From Patescibacteria group bacterium (GTDB lineage Bacteria; Patescibacteriota; Patescibacteriia; Patescibacteriales; UBA12465): 64,000 nt of DNA. The notes below the pieces were generated by a model. That model was not told where the DNA came from. It ran no database searches and saw nothing but the letters and a program-made list of their open reading frames with translations. Shown here piece by piece: positions 27,428 through 36,610 of this stretch. Where the stretch lies: the NCBI GenBank assembly GCA_028692765.1, contig JAQUWT010000004.1, positions 405 through 64,404 of the forward strand, given 5' to 3'. Numbering within the stretch: the first letter of the stretch is position 1; every line of letters begins with the position of its first letter. The position numbers and the translations under genes were made by a program.

Positions 27428-28714
27428 CTAAGAAATCTTAATAAATTGGCGCTTGCCCCGCTGGATAATTAAGCCTGGAGACACCGTAATTTCCGCCTGG
27501 CTGTCGGTGAGCGTTTTCATATTATCGGCTAAACCAATCTTGATGCCGCCCTGGTCAACAAGACGGCGCGCCTCCCCTCGGCTGGCGCATAAATTCAAGA
27601 CAAGCAACAAATCGGCAATCTTGTAGGTACCAGCGGGCACGGCTTTGCTTTCCACCTCCTCGGGCATCTCCTTATTCTGAACAGTCTTAATAAAATAATC
27701 TTGCGCGGCATCTGCTTCTTTTCGGCCATGATTAATATTGGTAATCTCCCAGGCGAGTTTCATTTTAGCATCGCGCGGATTCAGCGTGCCCGCAGACAAG
27801 CCCGCTTGGATGTCTTTTATTTCTTCCCAAGGCAAAAAAGTGCATAGCTCAAAAGCAGACGGCAAAACGCCATCAGCCCAAGACATCACTTGGCCGTACA
27901 TATTATTAGGAGTCTCATCCAACATCACGATATTTCCTTCGCTCTTGCCCATCTTTTTGCCTTCGCTGTCTGTTAGAAGCTTAAGCGTCAAAACATCCTT
28001 ATCTTTCTGTTTTAAAGCTTTAAGAAGGTCCCGGCCGCACATCATATTGAATAATTGGTCATTACCGCCGACTTCAACATCGACATCCAAGGCCACGCTA
28101 TCATAAGCTTGGGCGAGAGGATATAAAAACTCATGTAAAAATACCGGTTTTTCTTCTGCCAATCTTTTCTGAAACATATCCCGCTGAATCATCTGCTGAA
28201 CGGTAAAATTAGAAGCTAAACCGATTAAATCTTTGAAGGAAATCTTATCATGCCATTCGTTGTTATACCTCAACTCCGCCGGATTATCACCATTAAAATC
28301 AAGATAGGCGCCGGCCTGCTTTTGAAAATTAACCGCGTTTGCCATCACTTCTTCCCGGCTGAGTTGCTTGCGGGCCGCCCCCTTGTCGGTAGGATCGCCA
28401 ATCATTCCGGTAAAACTACCGATAAGAAAGATGACCTGGTGGCCGAGACGCTGGAATTGAGCCAGCTTAGCCAAAGCGATGGCATTGCCGATATGCAAAG
28501 AAGAAGCGCTGGGATCAAAGCCGCAATATAAACGCAAAACCTCGCCGCTTTTCAGTTTTTTTTCTAGATTTTCCCGATTAGGATAAACTTTTTCAACCCC
28601 CCTGTCCAAAATTTCCAAAATTGAGTCCGGACTAGTATTCACATGAGCCATAAATGCTTGGTAATAATTTATTAAATATGTTATAATGGTAGCAAACCTA
28701 GCCGAATTTTTCAA
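27428..28714 (-). CDS. tyrS: tyrosyl-tRNA synthetase
   Basis: HIGH (SLHIGN), KMSKS-like KKMGKSEGN, C-terminal S4 domain; ATG at 28651 (MAHVNTSPD) is the likelier start. Confidence 0.93.
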   Translation of the reverse strand: MKNSARFATIITYLINYYQAFMAHVNTSPDSILEILDRGVEKVYPNRENLEKKLKSGEVLRLYCGFDPSASSLHIGNAIALAKLAQFQRLGHQVIFLIGSFTGMIGDPTDKGAARKQLSREEVMANAVNFQKQAGAYLDFNGDNPAELRYNNEWHDKISFKDLIGLASNFTVQQMIQRDMFQKRLAEEKPVFLHEFLYPLAQAYDSVALDVDVEVGGNDQLFNMMCGRDLLKALKQKDKDVLTLKLLTDSEGKKMGKSEGNIVMLDETPNNMYGQVMSWADGVLPSAFELCTFLPWEEIKDIQAGLSAGTLNPRDAKMKLAWEITNINHGRKEADAAQDYFIKTVQNKEMPEEVESKAVPAGTYKIADLLLVLNLCASRGEARRLVDQGGIKIGLADNMKTLTDSQAEITVSPGLIIQRGKRQFIKIS

Positions 28715-28736
28715 TCGAAGACGGTTTTGGTTTTAA

Positions 28737-29741
28737 ATGATTATCTTAGTAAAATTAACACAATCTTTTATGTTTTCCTACCGCTTTTTTCTTAAGCAAG
28801 CTTGGAATATTACCAAGCGCTATCGCTATCTCTGGTTTTTCGGACTTTTTGCCGCTCTAACCGCCCTCGGCGGAGAATACCAGATTATCTCCCAAGGTTT
28901 AAATAACAATCCCGGAGGCAGTTTCGTCAGTGTCGGCGTCTTCATGCTCTATAATCTTTTCAACCCCAGTTTCTATGCCGGCATCGGCTCTCTAGCAGCC
29001 AGCAACCCGGCCGCTCTCTGGTCTTTGGTCACAGTTCTGCTCTTAGCCCTGGCCCTGATAATCATCATGGCGTATCTGGCAATCGTTTCTCAAGCCGCTT
29101 TAGTGGAACACAGCGCCCAGATAATATTAAACAAAAAGAAGAAAACCGGTTTAAGCATCCACGAAGGCCTTGTTTTCGGACGTAAGCATTTTTGGAACCT
29201 GCTCGGCCTTAATATCAGCGGCAATATCATTATTACTCTAAGTTTCTTAATTATCAGCCTTCCCCTTGTCTTTCTCTTGATTACAGATGCGGGCGTATTA
29301 GCTTTAGCCTACACCCTGCTGTTTGTTATTTTTGTTCCTATCTCTTTATCTATCGCTTTCATTATTAAATATGCTATCGCCGCCAGAGTCTTAGAAAATC
29401 TGAGTTTTGTCGCCGCGATGGAAAAGGGTTGGAAAATATTTCAAAATAACTGGCTGGTTAGCTTGGAAATGTCTCTGATTCTTTTCTTGATAAACTTTGC
29501 CGTCGGCATCGTGACTCTTGCCGCCATTTCACTTTTCTTCCTGCCTCTTCTATTCCTCTCCCTCCAATTATACCTGCCCCTGCTGACCGCTTTAAGCTTT
29601 ATCCTGACTCTTGCCGCCATGCTGGTAGCCGCCTCTATTCTCAACACTTTCCAGATTTCCACTTGGACGAGCCTTTATATCCACTTGCAAGAAAAGAAGG
29701 GGTTAAGCAAGCTGGAAAGAATCTTCCAGCGCAAACGCTAA
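28737..29741 (+). CDS. hypothetical polytopic membrane protein (334 aa)
   Basis: About 7 hydrophobic segments; no motif recognised. Confidence 0.55.
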   Translation: MIILVKLTQSFMFSYRFFLKQAWNITKRYRYLWFFGLFAALTALGGEYQIISQGLNNNPGGSFVSVGVFMLYNLFNPSFYAGIGSLAASNPAALWSLVTVLLLALALIIIMAYLAIVSQAALVEHSAQIILNKKKKTGLSIHEGLVFGRKHFWNLLGLNISGNIIITLSFLIISLPLVFLLITDAGVLALAYTLLFVIFVPISLSIAFIIKYAIAARVLENLSFVAAMEKGWKIFQNNWLVSLEMSLILFLINFAVGIVTLAAISLFFLPLLFLSLQLYLPLLTALSFILTLAAMLVAASILNTFQISTWTSLYIHLQEKKGLSKLERIFQRKR

Positions 29742-29766
29742 CACAAAAATTTCAATTATCTCAAGC

Positions 29767-29810
29767 AGCCGCGGCCACGGCCGCCGATTATCGGCGCACA
29801 GGCCGCGGCT
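29767..29810 (+). other. GC-rich nested palindrome / stem-loop upstream of the ATPase gene
   Basis: AGCCGCGGCC (29767-29776) pairs perfectly with GGCCGCGGCT (29801-29810); inner CGCCGA-tta-TCGGCG; no T-run follows. Confidence 0.5.
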
Positions 29811-29825
29811 ATTAAATAAGCCGCT

Positions 29826-32800
29826 ATGAGCGACATCGCCTCGATAGAAAATTTGATTGACCCAGAGGCCGCTAAAGACGAAGACAGCGTCCAGGGTAAA
29901 TTTGCTAAAAAACAGCAGGAAATCAAATTAAAAGAAATAGAAAAACAAACCGAAGAAAATGCCGCCGCTATCGGCCTGCCTTATGTTAATCTCTTCGGCT
30001 TTCCTATCAGCCCGGATGCTTTAGTTCTAATTCCGGAAGCGCGATCGCGCGAACTTAACGCGGTCTGTTTTTTCTATGACGGCAAGAATATTCGCGTCGC
30101 CTGCCTGGAGCCGAACGAAGAAATCGCTTTGGAAATTCAACGCTTGAATGAACAATATTTTGCCGATGCCAAACTATACCTGGTTTCCCAAAACAGTCTT
30201 GACCAGGCTTTTGAAGCCTATAAAGCCGTGCCGAAAATCAAAAAATATGATTCTGGAGTGGAAATAAGCGAAGAAAGCCTGGAAAAATTCAAGCAAGACA
30301 TTGCCAGTTATAAAAATTTAAACGAGAAAATCAACGAAGTCAATGTCAGCGACATTGTCACTTTGTTGCTGGCAACAGCCATTAAGGTCGGTTCCAGCGA
30401 TATTCATATAGAAGCCGAAGAAAATGGAGTCGCTATCCGTTTCCGCATCGACGGCGTTCTTCAAGAAGCGGCGGTAATTGACCGGGAAAAGTGGAAAAAA
30501 ATAGCGACTCGCATGAAAATTCTGGCAAAGGTTAAAATTAATATTTCCAATAAACCGCAAGACGGACGCTACACCATCCACCTTAAAGACGGAAAAATCG
30601 ATGTTCGCTCATCCTTCCTCCCCACCGCCTACGGCGAAAGCGTGGTTATGCGCCTGCTCAATTCCAAAGCGGTTGCCTTGGAATTTGAAGGACTCGGCAT
30701 CCGCCCGGAAATACTGGAAAAATTAAGGAACGAAATCAGCAAGCCTAACGGCCTGATTCTCACCACCGGTCCGACCGGCTCCGGTAAAACTACGACCTTA
30801 TACGCAGTTTTAAATAAGCTTAATCAACCGGGAACCAAGATAGTAACCTTAGAAGACCCGATTGAATATCAGCTAGCCGGCATCAATCAAAGCCAAGTAG
30901 ACGCCAGCAAGGGCTATACTTTTTCCGACGGCCTGCGCTCAATCCTGCGCCAAGACCCCAATGTTATTATGGTCGGCGAAATCCGCGATTTAGAAACGGC
31001 GGAAATATCCGTGCAAGCATCTCTTACCGGACATTTAGTGCTCTCCACTCTGCACACCAATGATGCCGCCGGTGTTATTCCCCGCCTCATCGACATCGGA
31101 GTAAAGCCATATTTTCTCGTCCCTTCAATTAATGCCGTTATCGGCCAACGCCTAGTCAGAAAGTTATGCCCCTATTGCCGGGAGGAACACAATCTCTCCG
31201 CGGAGGAGGAAGAAAAAGTACAAAAAATATTAGCCGTCATTTCTCCGCGCGCCAATATCAATATTCCTTCCAAATTACCGACAATCTATAAGGCCGGTGG
31301 CGGATGCGAAAAATGCAACCACCTGGGATACAAGGGGCGCATCGGTATTTATGAAATATTTACCATGGACGATAACTTAAAACAGCTGACCATTGATAAA
31401 GCACCTTCCTTTAAAATCCTCCAACAGGCCATCGAAAACGGCATGATTACCATGCTCCAAGACGGTGTCTTAAAAGCCATGGATGGTATTACTTCCTTAG
31501 AAGAAGTCTATCGCGTCATTGGTAATTTTGATTATGTCGACGAGCTTTATGATATCGTCATTTCTCAAACTATCGGCCGAGGCGTTAAGATAACAGCCGA
31601 AGAATACGCCCGCGGCCAAGCCCTCACCAAGCACGTCGGCCAAGCCATTAATCTCAGCGACATCCCTTCTAAGGAATTGATTAAAATGATTATGAGCATG
31701 GCCAGTGCCAGCGATGCCGGCGATGTCCATATTGAACCGGAAGAAAACGGAGTAGCGGTTCGTTTCCGCATTGATGGCGTCATGCACGATATTCTGGATT
31801 TGCCTAAAACCAGCTATCTGCCGATTCTTTCGGAAGTAAAAATCTTGGCCGGCTTCGCCACTAACGTCAAGCGAGCGACTTTAGACGGCCGTTTCAGCGT
31901 CTACCTGCCTGAAAAGAAATTTGATTGCCGTCTATCAATCATTTCCGGCGGTTACGGCGAAACGATTGTTATCCGCCTGCTGATTAATTCAGCCGCCTCT
32001 TTAGACTTAGAGAAATTGGGCATCACTTCTGTCGCCAAGAAAGAATTAGACAAAGCGATGACAAAAACAAAGGGCATCATCATCACCACCGGTCCGACCG
32101 GTTCCGGTAAAACCACGACTCTTTACGGTATTCTTAATAAACTCAACAAATCGGATGTTAAAATAATTACCATTGAAGACCCGATTGAATATCAGCTCCC
32201 GGGCATCATGCAAACGCAGATAGACAACGAACATGGCTACACCTTTGCGGCGGCGATGCGCTCTTTGCTCCGGCAGAACCCCAACATCATGATGATTGGC
32301 GAAATTCGCGACGAAGAAACCGCAAAAATCGCCATTGAAGCGGCAATGACCGGACACCTTGTTCTCTCCACTATCCACGCTAACAGCGCTGCCGGTGCCA
32401 TTTCACGTTTTGCCGGCTTGGGCGTGGATAAATCGTCACTGGCCAATGCCATTGAGTTTTCCATCGGCCAGCGCCTGGCCAGAAGAATCTGCCCTCATTG
32501 CAAAATTGAAGATACGCCCAGCCCGGATTTATTGGCGCAAGCTAAATCGATTTTAGCGGGCATAAAAAATAAAGATATAGAAATTCCTAAAACCCTTAAA
32601 TTCTATAAAGGCGCCGGCTGCGAACAATGTAACCACCTGGGCTATAAAGGAAGAGTCGGCTTATATGAAACCATCCCGTCTTCAAATGAAATCCGCAAGC
32701 TCATTCAAAAAGAAGAAATGACCGATTATGACATCGAGCAGGAAGCGATTAATGAAGGCACAGTCAATATATCCCAAGACGGCATCCTCAAAGCTCTAGC

Positions 32801-32840
32801 CGGAGAAACCAGCTTAGAAGAAGTTTTCCGCGTAATTTAA
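29826..32840 (+). CDS. tandem-duplicated PilB/GspE-family secretion ATPase (two complete ATPase modules in one polypeptide)
   Basis: 1004 aa; T2SSE N-terminal domain, then two modules. Each has Walker A GPTGSGKTT (aa 315-323 and 756-764), IEDPIEYQL, GEIRD, LTGHLVLSTLH/MTGHLVLSTIH and a CxxC...CxxC motif. Confidence 0.9.
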   Translation: MSDIASIENLIDPEAAKDEDSVQGKFAKKQQEIKLKEIEKQTEENAAAIGLPYVNLFGFPISPDALVLIPEARSRELNAVCFFYDGKNIRVACLEPNEEIALEIQRLNEQYFADAKLYLVSQNSLDQAFEAYKAVPKIKKYDSGVEISEESLEKFKQDIASYKNLNEKINEVNVSDIVTLLLATAIKVGSSDIHIEAEENGVAIRFRIDGVLQEAAVIDREKWKKIATRMKILAKVKINISNKPQDGRYTIHLKDGKIDVRSSFLPTAYGESVVMRLLNSKAVALEFEGLGIRPEILEKLRNEISKPNGLILTTGPTGSGKTTTLYAVLNKLNQPGTKIVTLEDPIEYQLAGINQSQVDASKGYTFSDGLRSILRQDPNVIMVGEIRDLETAEISVQASLTGHLVLSTLHTNDAAGVIPRLIDIGVKPYFLVPSINAVIGQRLVRKLCPYCREEHNLSAEEEEKVQKILAVISPRANINIPSKLPTIYKAGGGCEKCNHLGYKGRIGIYEIFTMDDNLKQLTIDKAPSFKILQQAIENGMITMLQDGVLKAMDGITSLEEVYRVIGNFDYVDELYDIVISQTIGRGVKITAEEYARGQALTKHVGQAINLSDIPSKELIKMIMSMASASDAGDVHIEPEENGVAVRFRIDGVMHDILDLPKTSYLPILSEVKILAGFATNVKRATLDGRFSVYLPEKKFDCRLSIISGGYGETIVIRLLINSAASLDLEKLGITSVAKKELDKAMTKTKGIIITTGPTGSGKTTTLYGILNKLNKSDVKIITIEDPIEYQLPGIMQTQIDNEHGYTFAAAMRSLLRQNPNIMMIGEIRDEETAKIAIEAAMTGHLVLSTIHANSAAGAISRFAGLGVDKSSLANAIEFSIGQRLARRICPHCKIEDTPSPDLLAQAKSILAGIKNKDIEIPKTLKFYKGAGCEQCNHLGYKGRVGLYETIPSSNEIRKLIQKEEMTDYDIEQEAINEGTVNISQDGILKALAGETSLEEVFRVI

Positions 32841-32897
32841 TTAATAAAACCAATTCGGGCCGATAATAAGCGCCCGGCCAAAACTTATTAGAATAAT

Positions 32898-33473
32898 ATG
32901 ATTAACGCCGCTTTTATCACTAAATTAAAAAATGACTACCGCCAACGCGAACAAGAGCGCCGACAGATAATCAGCCGCTCCAACGACGTGCTGTTCCAAG
33001 CTAAAAAAACCATCTTTGCCCTCCAGCGTGAAGAGCTGGCTCTAGCTGAAGAAAAGTTAAAAAGCATGGAGGCGGTTCTGAAAAAAATGGAAAAAGACTT
33101 CAGTCCTAACCGCATCAGAGAAGAGGGCGCTTACCATGCCGCCGCTGAAGAATATGTTGAGGCCAAGACTCTGGCGGCAATCGTATCCGGTAAAAAAATT
33201 AATGCCGTTACCGGCTTGCATCTCGGTTATGACAGCTATCTCGGCGGACTCTGCGATTTAATCGGCGAAATGGTACGCTTAGCCACTAATCGAGCCGCCA
33301 AAGGAAAATATGAAAGCGTGGCAGAACTGAAAGAAAAAGCGGAAGAGATAATGAATAGCCTGCTTGATTTTGACTTAACCGGCTATCTCCGTACCAAATA
33401 CGATCAAGCGCGCGGCCATTTACGCAAATTAGAACAAATGGCTTATGAAATCCGCTTGCGCAAAGACAAATAA
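32898..33473 (+). CDS. translin/TRAX-family protein (C3PO-like nuclease homologue)
   Basis: 191 aa, all-helical. AAEEYVEAKTL resembles TRAX QEYVEA. SYLGGLCDLIGEMVRLATN...LRTKYD...KLEQMAYEIRLR resembles TRAX DYLLGVADLTGELMR and the translin C-terminus. Confidence 0.7.
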   Translation: MINAAFITKLKNDYRQREQERRQIISRSNDVLFQAKKTIFALQREELALAEEKLKSMEAVLKKMEKDFSPNRIREEGAYHAAAEEYVEAKTLAAIVSGKKINAVTGLHLGYDSYLGGLCDLIGEMVRLATNRAAKGKYESVAELKEKAEEIMNSLLDFDLTGYLRTKYDQARGHLRKLEQMAYEIRLRKDK

Positions 33474-33973
33474 TGACTATGCTCATCGCCATCGCCGCTG
33501 ATTTGCACGACAATCTCGCTAACTGGCATAAATTCAAAGAATATTCAAAAAAGCAGGGTATTAATACCCTGCTTTTCTGCGGCGATTTATGCAACAGCCA
33601 AACTCTAAAAAAAATAAATTCCGAATGGCCGGGAAAGATATTCCTAATTGCCGGCAATCAGGAACTGTATGACCAAGACAAAGTTAATAAGCTATCAAAC
33701 ATCAATTTTTTGGGACGCTATGGAAAGGTAAAAATAAATAATTTAAATATAGGTTTGATTCATGAACCTGAATATAAAGAAAGAACCATCGGAGAAAATC
33801 AAGAACTTAATTATTTATTTTATGGGCATACTCATAAACCTTGGCTAAGCCGAGACCGCGGCGTCATAATTGCTAATCCGGGAACGCTTGGCGGGGTTTT
33901 TTATAAAGCTAGTTTTGCCGTTCTTGACACCGATACCGGCAAATTGGAGCTAAAAATTTTAGAAAATATTTAA
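33473..33973 (+). CDS. YfcE/MJ0936-type metallophosphoesterase
   Basis: 166 aa; motifs AADLHDN, CGDL, AGNQE, GHTH; the start overlaps the translin stop (TAATG). Confidence 0.8.
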   Translation: MTMLIAIAADLHDNLANWHKFKEYSKKQGINTLLFCGDLCNSQTLKKINSEWPGKIFLIAGNQELYDQDKVNKLSNINFLGRYGKVKINNLNIGLIHEPEYKERTIGENQELNYLFYGHTHKPWLSRDRGVIIANPGTLGGVFYKASFAVLDTDTGKLELKILENI

Positions 33974-33983
33974 AGTCCTAATT

Positions 33984-34015
33984 AAAAAACTCTCCTTTTA
34001 AGGAGAGCTTTTTTA
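33984..34015. terminator. bidirectional terminator
   Basis: aaaaaaCTCTCC-ttttaa-GGAGAGctttttt. Confidence 0.65.
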
Positions 34016-34036
34016 ATATAAATATAACAGCGGCAA

Positions 34037-36514
34037 TTAAAGGCAGACTTCGCGCAAATACCGGCCGGTAACGCTCTCTTGAGATTTCATAACATCAGCC
34101 GGCGTACCGGCGGCAACGATATAGCCACCTTGAGAGCCGCCTTCCGGTCCTAAATCAATAACCCAGTCAACTGATTTAATCACATCTAAATTATGCTCGA
34201 TAATCAAAACGGTATTGCCCTGGTCAACCAGCATATTTAAAACTTTAAGCAGGCGATCAATATCGGCAAAATGCAGACCGGTTGTCGGTTCATCCAAAAT
34301 ATACAGAGTGCGTCCGGTAGCACGGCGTGATAATTCCGTCGCCAATTTAATGCGCTGGGCTTCGCCGCCGGAAAAAGTAGTGGCTGATTGACCAAGATGG
34401 ATATAGCCTAATCCCACCTCTTCCAGAGTGCCTAATTTCTGGCGTAAAGCAGAGTGGTCTTTAAAAAATTCAAAAGCTTCACTCACGGTCATCTGCAAAA
34501 CTTCATGGATATTTTTGCCCTTATATTTAATGTCCAGAATTTTTTGCTGGAAACGCTGGCCATGGCAAACCTCACAGGTTAGATAGACATCATTTAAAAA
34601 TTGCATTTCCACCTTTATAGCACCATCACCCGCACAAGCTTCACAGCGGCCGCCGGCAACATTGAAAGAAAAATGGCCGGGACTTAATCGCTTTAAACGG
34701 GCCTCGGGTAATTCGGCAAACAAATCGCGGATATAAGTATAAAGACCGGTATAAGTAGCGGGATTGGAACGGGGCGTTCTTCCGATAGGGGACTGATTAA
34801 TATCTATCACTTTATCAATATTATCTAAGCCTATGATTTCTTTATGAGCGCCGACATCGACTTTAGCCCGATAGAATTTCTTATTCAAAGAATTAGCCAG
34901 GATATCGGACATTAAAGTTGACTTGCCGGAACCGGAAACGCCGGTAATAGCCACAAATTTACCCAAAGGAATCTGCACATCGATGTTTTTAAGGTTGTGT
35001 TCGCTAGCTTTAACTACAGTCAAAAATTTGCCGTTACCCGGCCGGAAGGACTCGCGCTTGGCAATAGTTTTGGCGCCGGAAAGATAGGCTCCAGTCAGTG
35101 ACTGGCGGCAATTTTTAATATCCTCTGGTTTACCGGCAAACAAAATCTTGCCGCCGTGTTCTCCGGCCCCAGGGCCAACATCAACCAGATAATCAGATGC
35201 CTGCATCATTGCGGCATCATGTTCGACGACGATAACAGTATTGCCGTTATCCCGCAAATCTTTAAGCATGGCGATTAATTTATCGTTATCCCTCTGATGC
35301 AAGCCGATTGAAGGCTCGTCTAAGATATATAAAACGCCACTAAGGGTAGAGCCGACCTGGGCGGCCAAGCGGATGCGCTGGGCTTCGCCGCCGGAAAGAC
35401 TGTTGGCTGGCCGGCTTAAGGTAAGATAGGACAAGCCAACCCTCTCTAAAAATTCTAAATTCTTAATAATTTCTTTCAAAATCGGCTGGACAACCGCCTG
35501 GCTGCCGTTCCAAGAAGGAGCTTTCAGCCATTCGGATAGCAAAGGCCGTAAAATATCAATCGTCTTATCGGAAATATCAGCAATGCCTAAATTTTTTATT
35601 TTAGCGGCTAAATATTCTGGCTTTAAACGAAAACCGCTGCAAGCCGGACATACCGCCAAGCGCATACACTTTTCAATTTCTTGTTTAACAAAGTTTGATT
35701 TTGTCTCCTCATAACGTGACAATAATTCCGCATTCAAGCCCTGCCATTGCTTATCTCCATTCAATATCGCCGCCCGCTGGCCGGCATTCATATCTTGCAA
35801 GGGGGTATCCAAAGAAAAACCATAGCGCTCCCCCAGCTTCCGCAACTCAACAAACAAAGCGCTATTGGGACTGAGATTGGCGTGAGCCAGAGGCTTGATT
35901 GCCCCCTGAAGCAGATTGAGCTTCAGACTGAAAACTAATTCCGGGTCGATTTCCGTCCTCGTCCCCAAGCCGCCGCAATGAGAGCAGGCGCCATAATTGG
36001 AATTAAAGGAAAAATTTCTCGGCTCCAATTCCGACAAAGTAAAGCTACAGGTCGGGCAAGCGTAGGCGTAATGACTCGCTTCCTGTTTTTTCTTATCCTT
36101 GCGGCCGGAACTCTTACCCGTCTTTTTCAAGCGCGTCTGGCAGTGGGGGCAATATGGCCAAGCCACCCGGGCATAGAGAAGACGCAAATAATCATAAATT
36201 TCGGTAACCGTACCGACAGTCGAGCGCGGATTGTTGCCGACGGTCCGCTGATCGATAGCAATAGCGGGAGACAAACCTTCAATCAAATCAAAATCCGGCT
36301 TATCCATTAAACCGACAAATTGGCGCGCATAAGCGGATAAAGATTCGACATAACGCCGCTGTCCCTCCGCATAAATAGTATCGAACGCTAAAGATGATTT
36401 GCCCGAACCGGATAAACCAGTGATAACAATCAATTGATTGCGAGGCAAATCAAGGTCAATATCTTTCAAATTATGGGTACGCGCTCCTTTAATTTTTATA
36501 TTATTTTCAAGCAT
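34037..36514 (-). CDS. uvrA: UvrA-like excinuclease ABC subunit A lacking the UvrB-binding domain (class II / UvrA2-like)
   Basis: 825 aa; two ABC modules ([18 protein letters not shown]; LSGGEAQR and FSGGEAQR). Only 27 aa lie between the first zinc-module Cys pairs (C122/C125...C153/C156). Confidence 0.88.
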   Translation of the reverse strand: MLENNIKIKGARTHNLKDIDLDLPRNQLIVITGLSGSGKSSLAFDTIYAEGQRRYVESLSAYARQFVGLMDKPDFDLIEGLSPAIAIDQRTVGNNPRSTVGTVTEIYDYLRLLYARVAWPYCPHCQTRLKKTGKSSGRKDKKKQEASHYAYACPTCSFTLSELEPRNFSFNSNYGACSHCGGLGTRTEIDPELVFSLKLNLLQGAIKPLAHANLSPNSALFVELRKLGERYGFSLDTPLQDMNAGQRAAILNGDKQWQGLNAELLSRYEETKSNFVKQEIEKCMRLAVCPACSGFRLKPEYLAAKIKNLGIADISDKTIDILRPLLSEWLKAPSWNGSQAVVQPILKEIIKNLEFLERVGLSYLTLSRPANSLSGGEAQRIRLAAQVGSTLSGVLYILDEPSIGLHQRDNDKLIAMLKDLRDNGNTVIVVEHDAAMMQASDYLVDVGPGAGEHGGKILFAGKPEDIKNCRQSLTGAYLSGAKTIAKRESFRPGNGKFLTVVKASEHNLKNIDVQIPLGKFVAITGVSGSGKSTLMSDILANSLNKKFYRAKVDVGAHKEIIGLDNIDKVIDINQSPIGRTPRSNPATYTGLYTYIRDLFAELPEARLKRLSPGHFSFNVAGGRCEACAGDGAIKVEMQFLNDVYLTCEVCHGQRFQQKILDIKYKGKNIHEVLQMTVSEAFEFFKDHSALRQKLGTLEEVGLGYIHLGQSATTFSGGEAQRIKLATELSRRATGRTLYILDEPTTGLHFADIDRLLKVLNMLVDQGNTVLIIEHNLDVIKSVDWVIDLGPEGGSQGGYIVAAGTPADVMKSQESVTGRYLREVCL

Positions 36515-36610
36515 GGCCGGATAAATAAATTATTTTTTGAATAGTGTCCATTATATACTTAAAAACACAAAAAAACAAGAGCAGGCCTGCGTCGCTCTCT
36601 TTAAAATGCT

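Noticed and set aside
30318-32464. Several antisense ORFs inside the fused ATPase gene (for example 30914..31096 and 32237..32464) with similar sequences
   Set aside because: Their similarity simply mirrors the internal duplication of the sense gene, and they have no independent coding signals.
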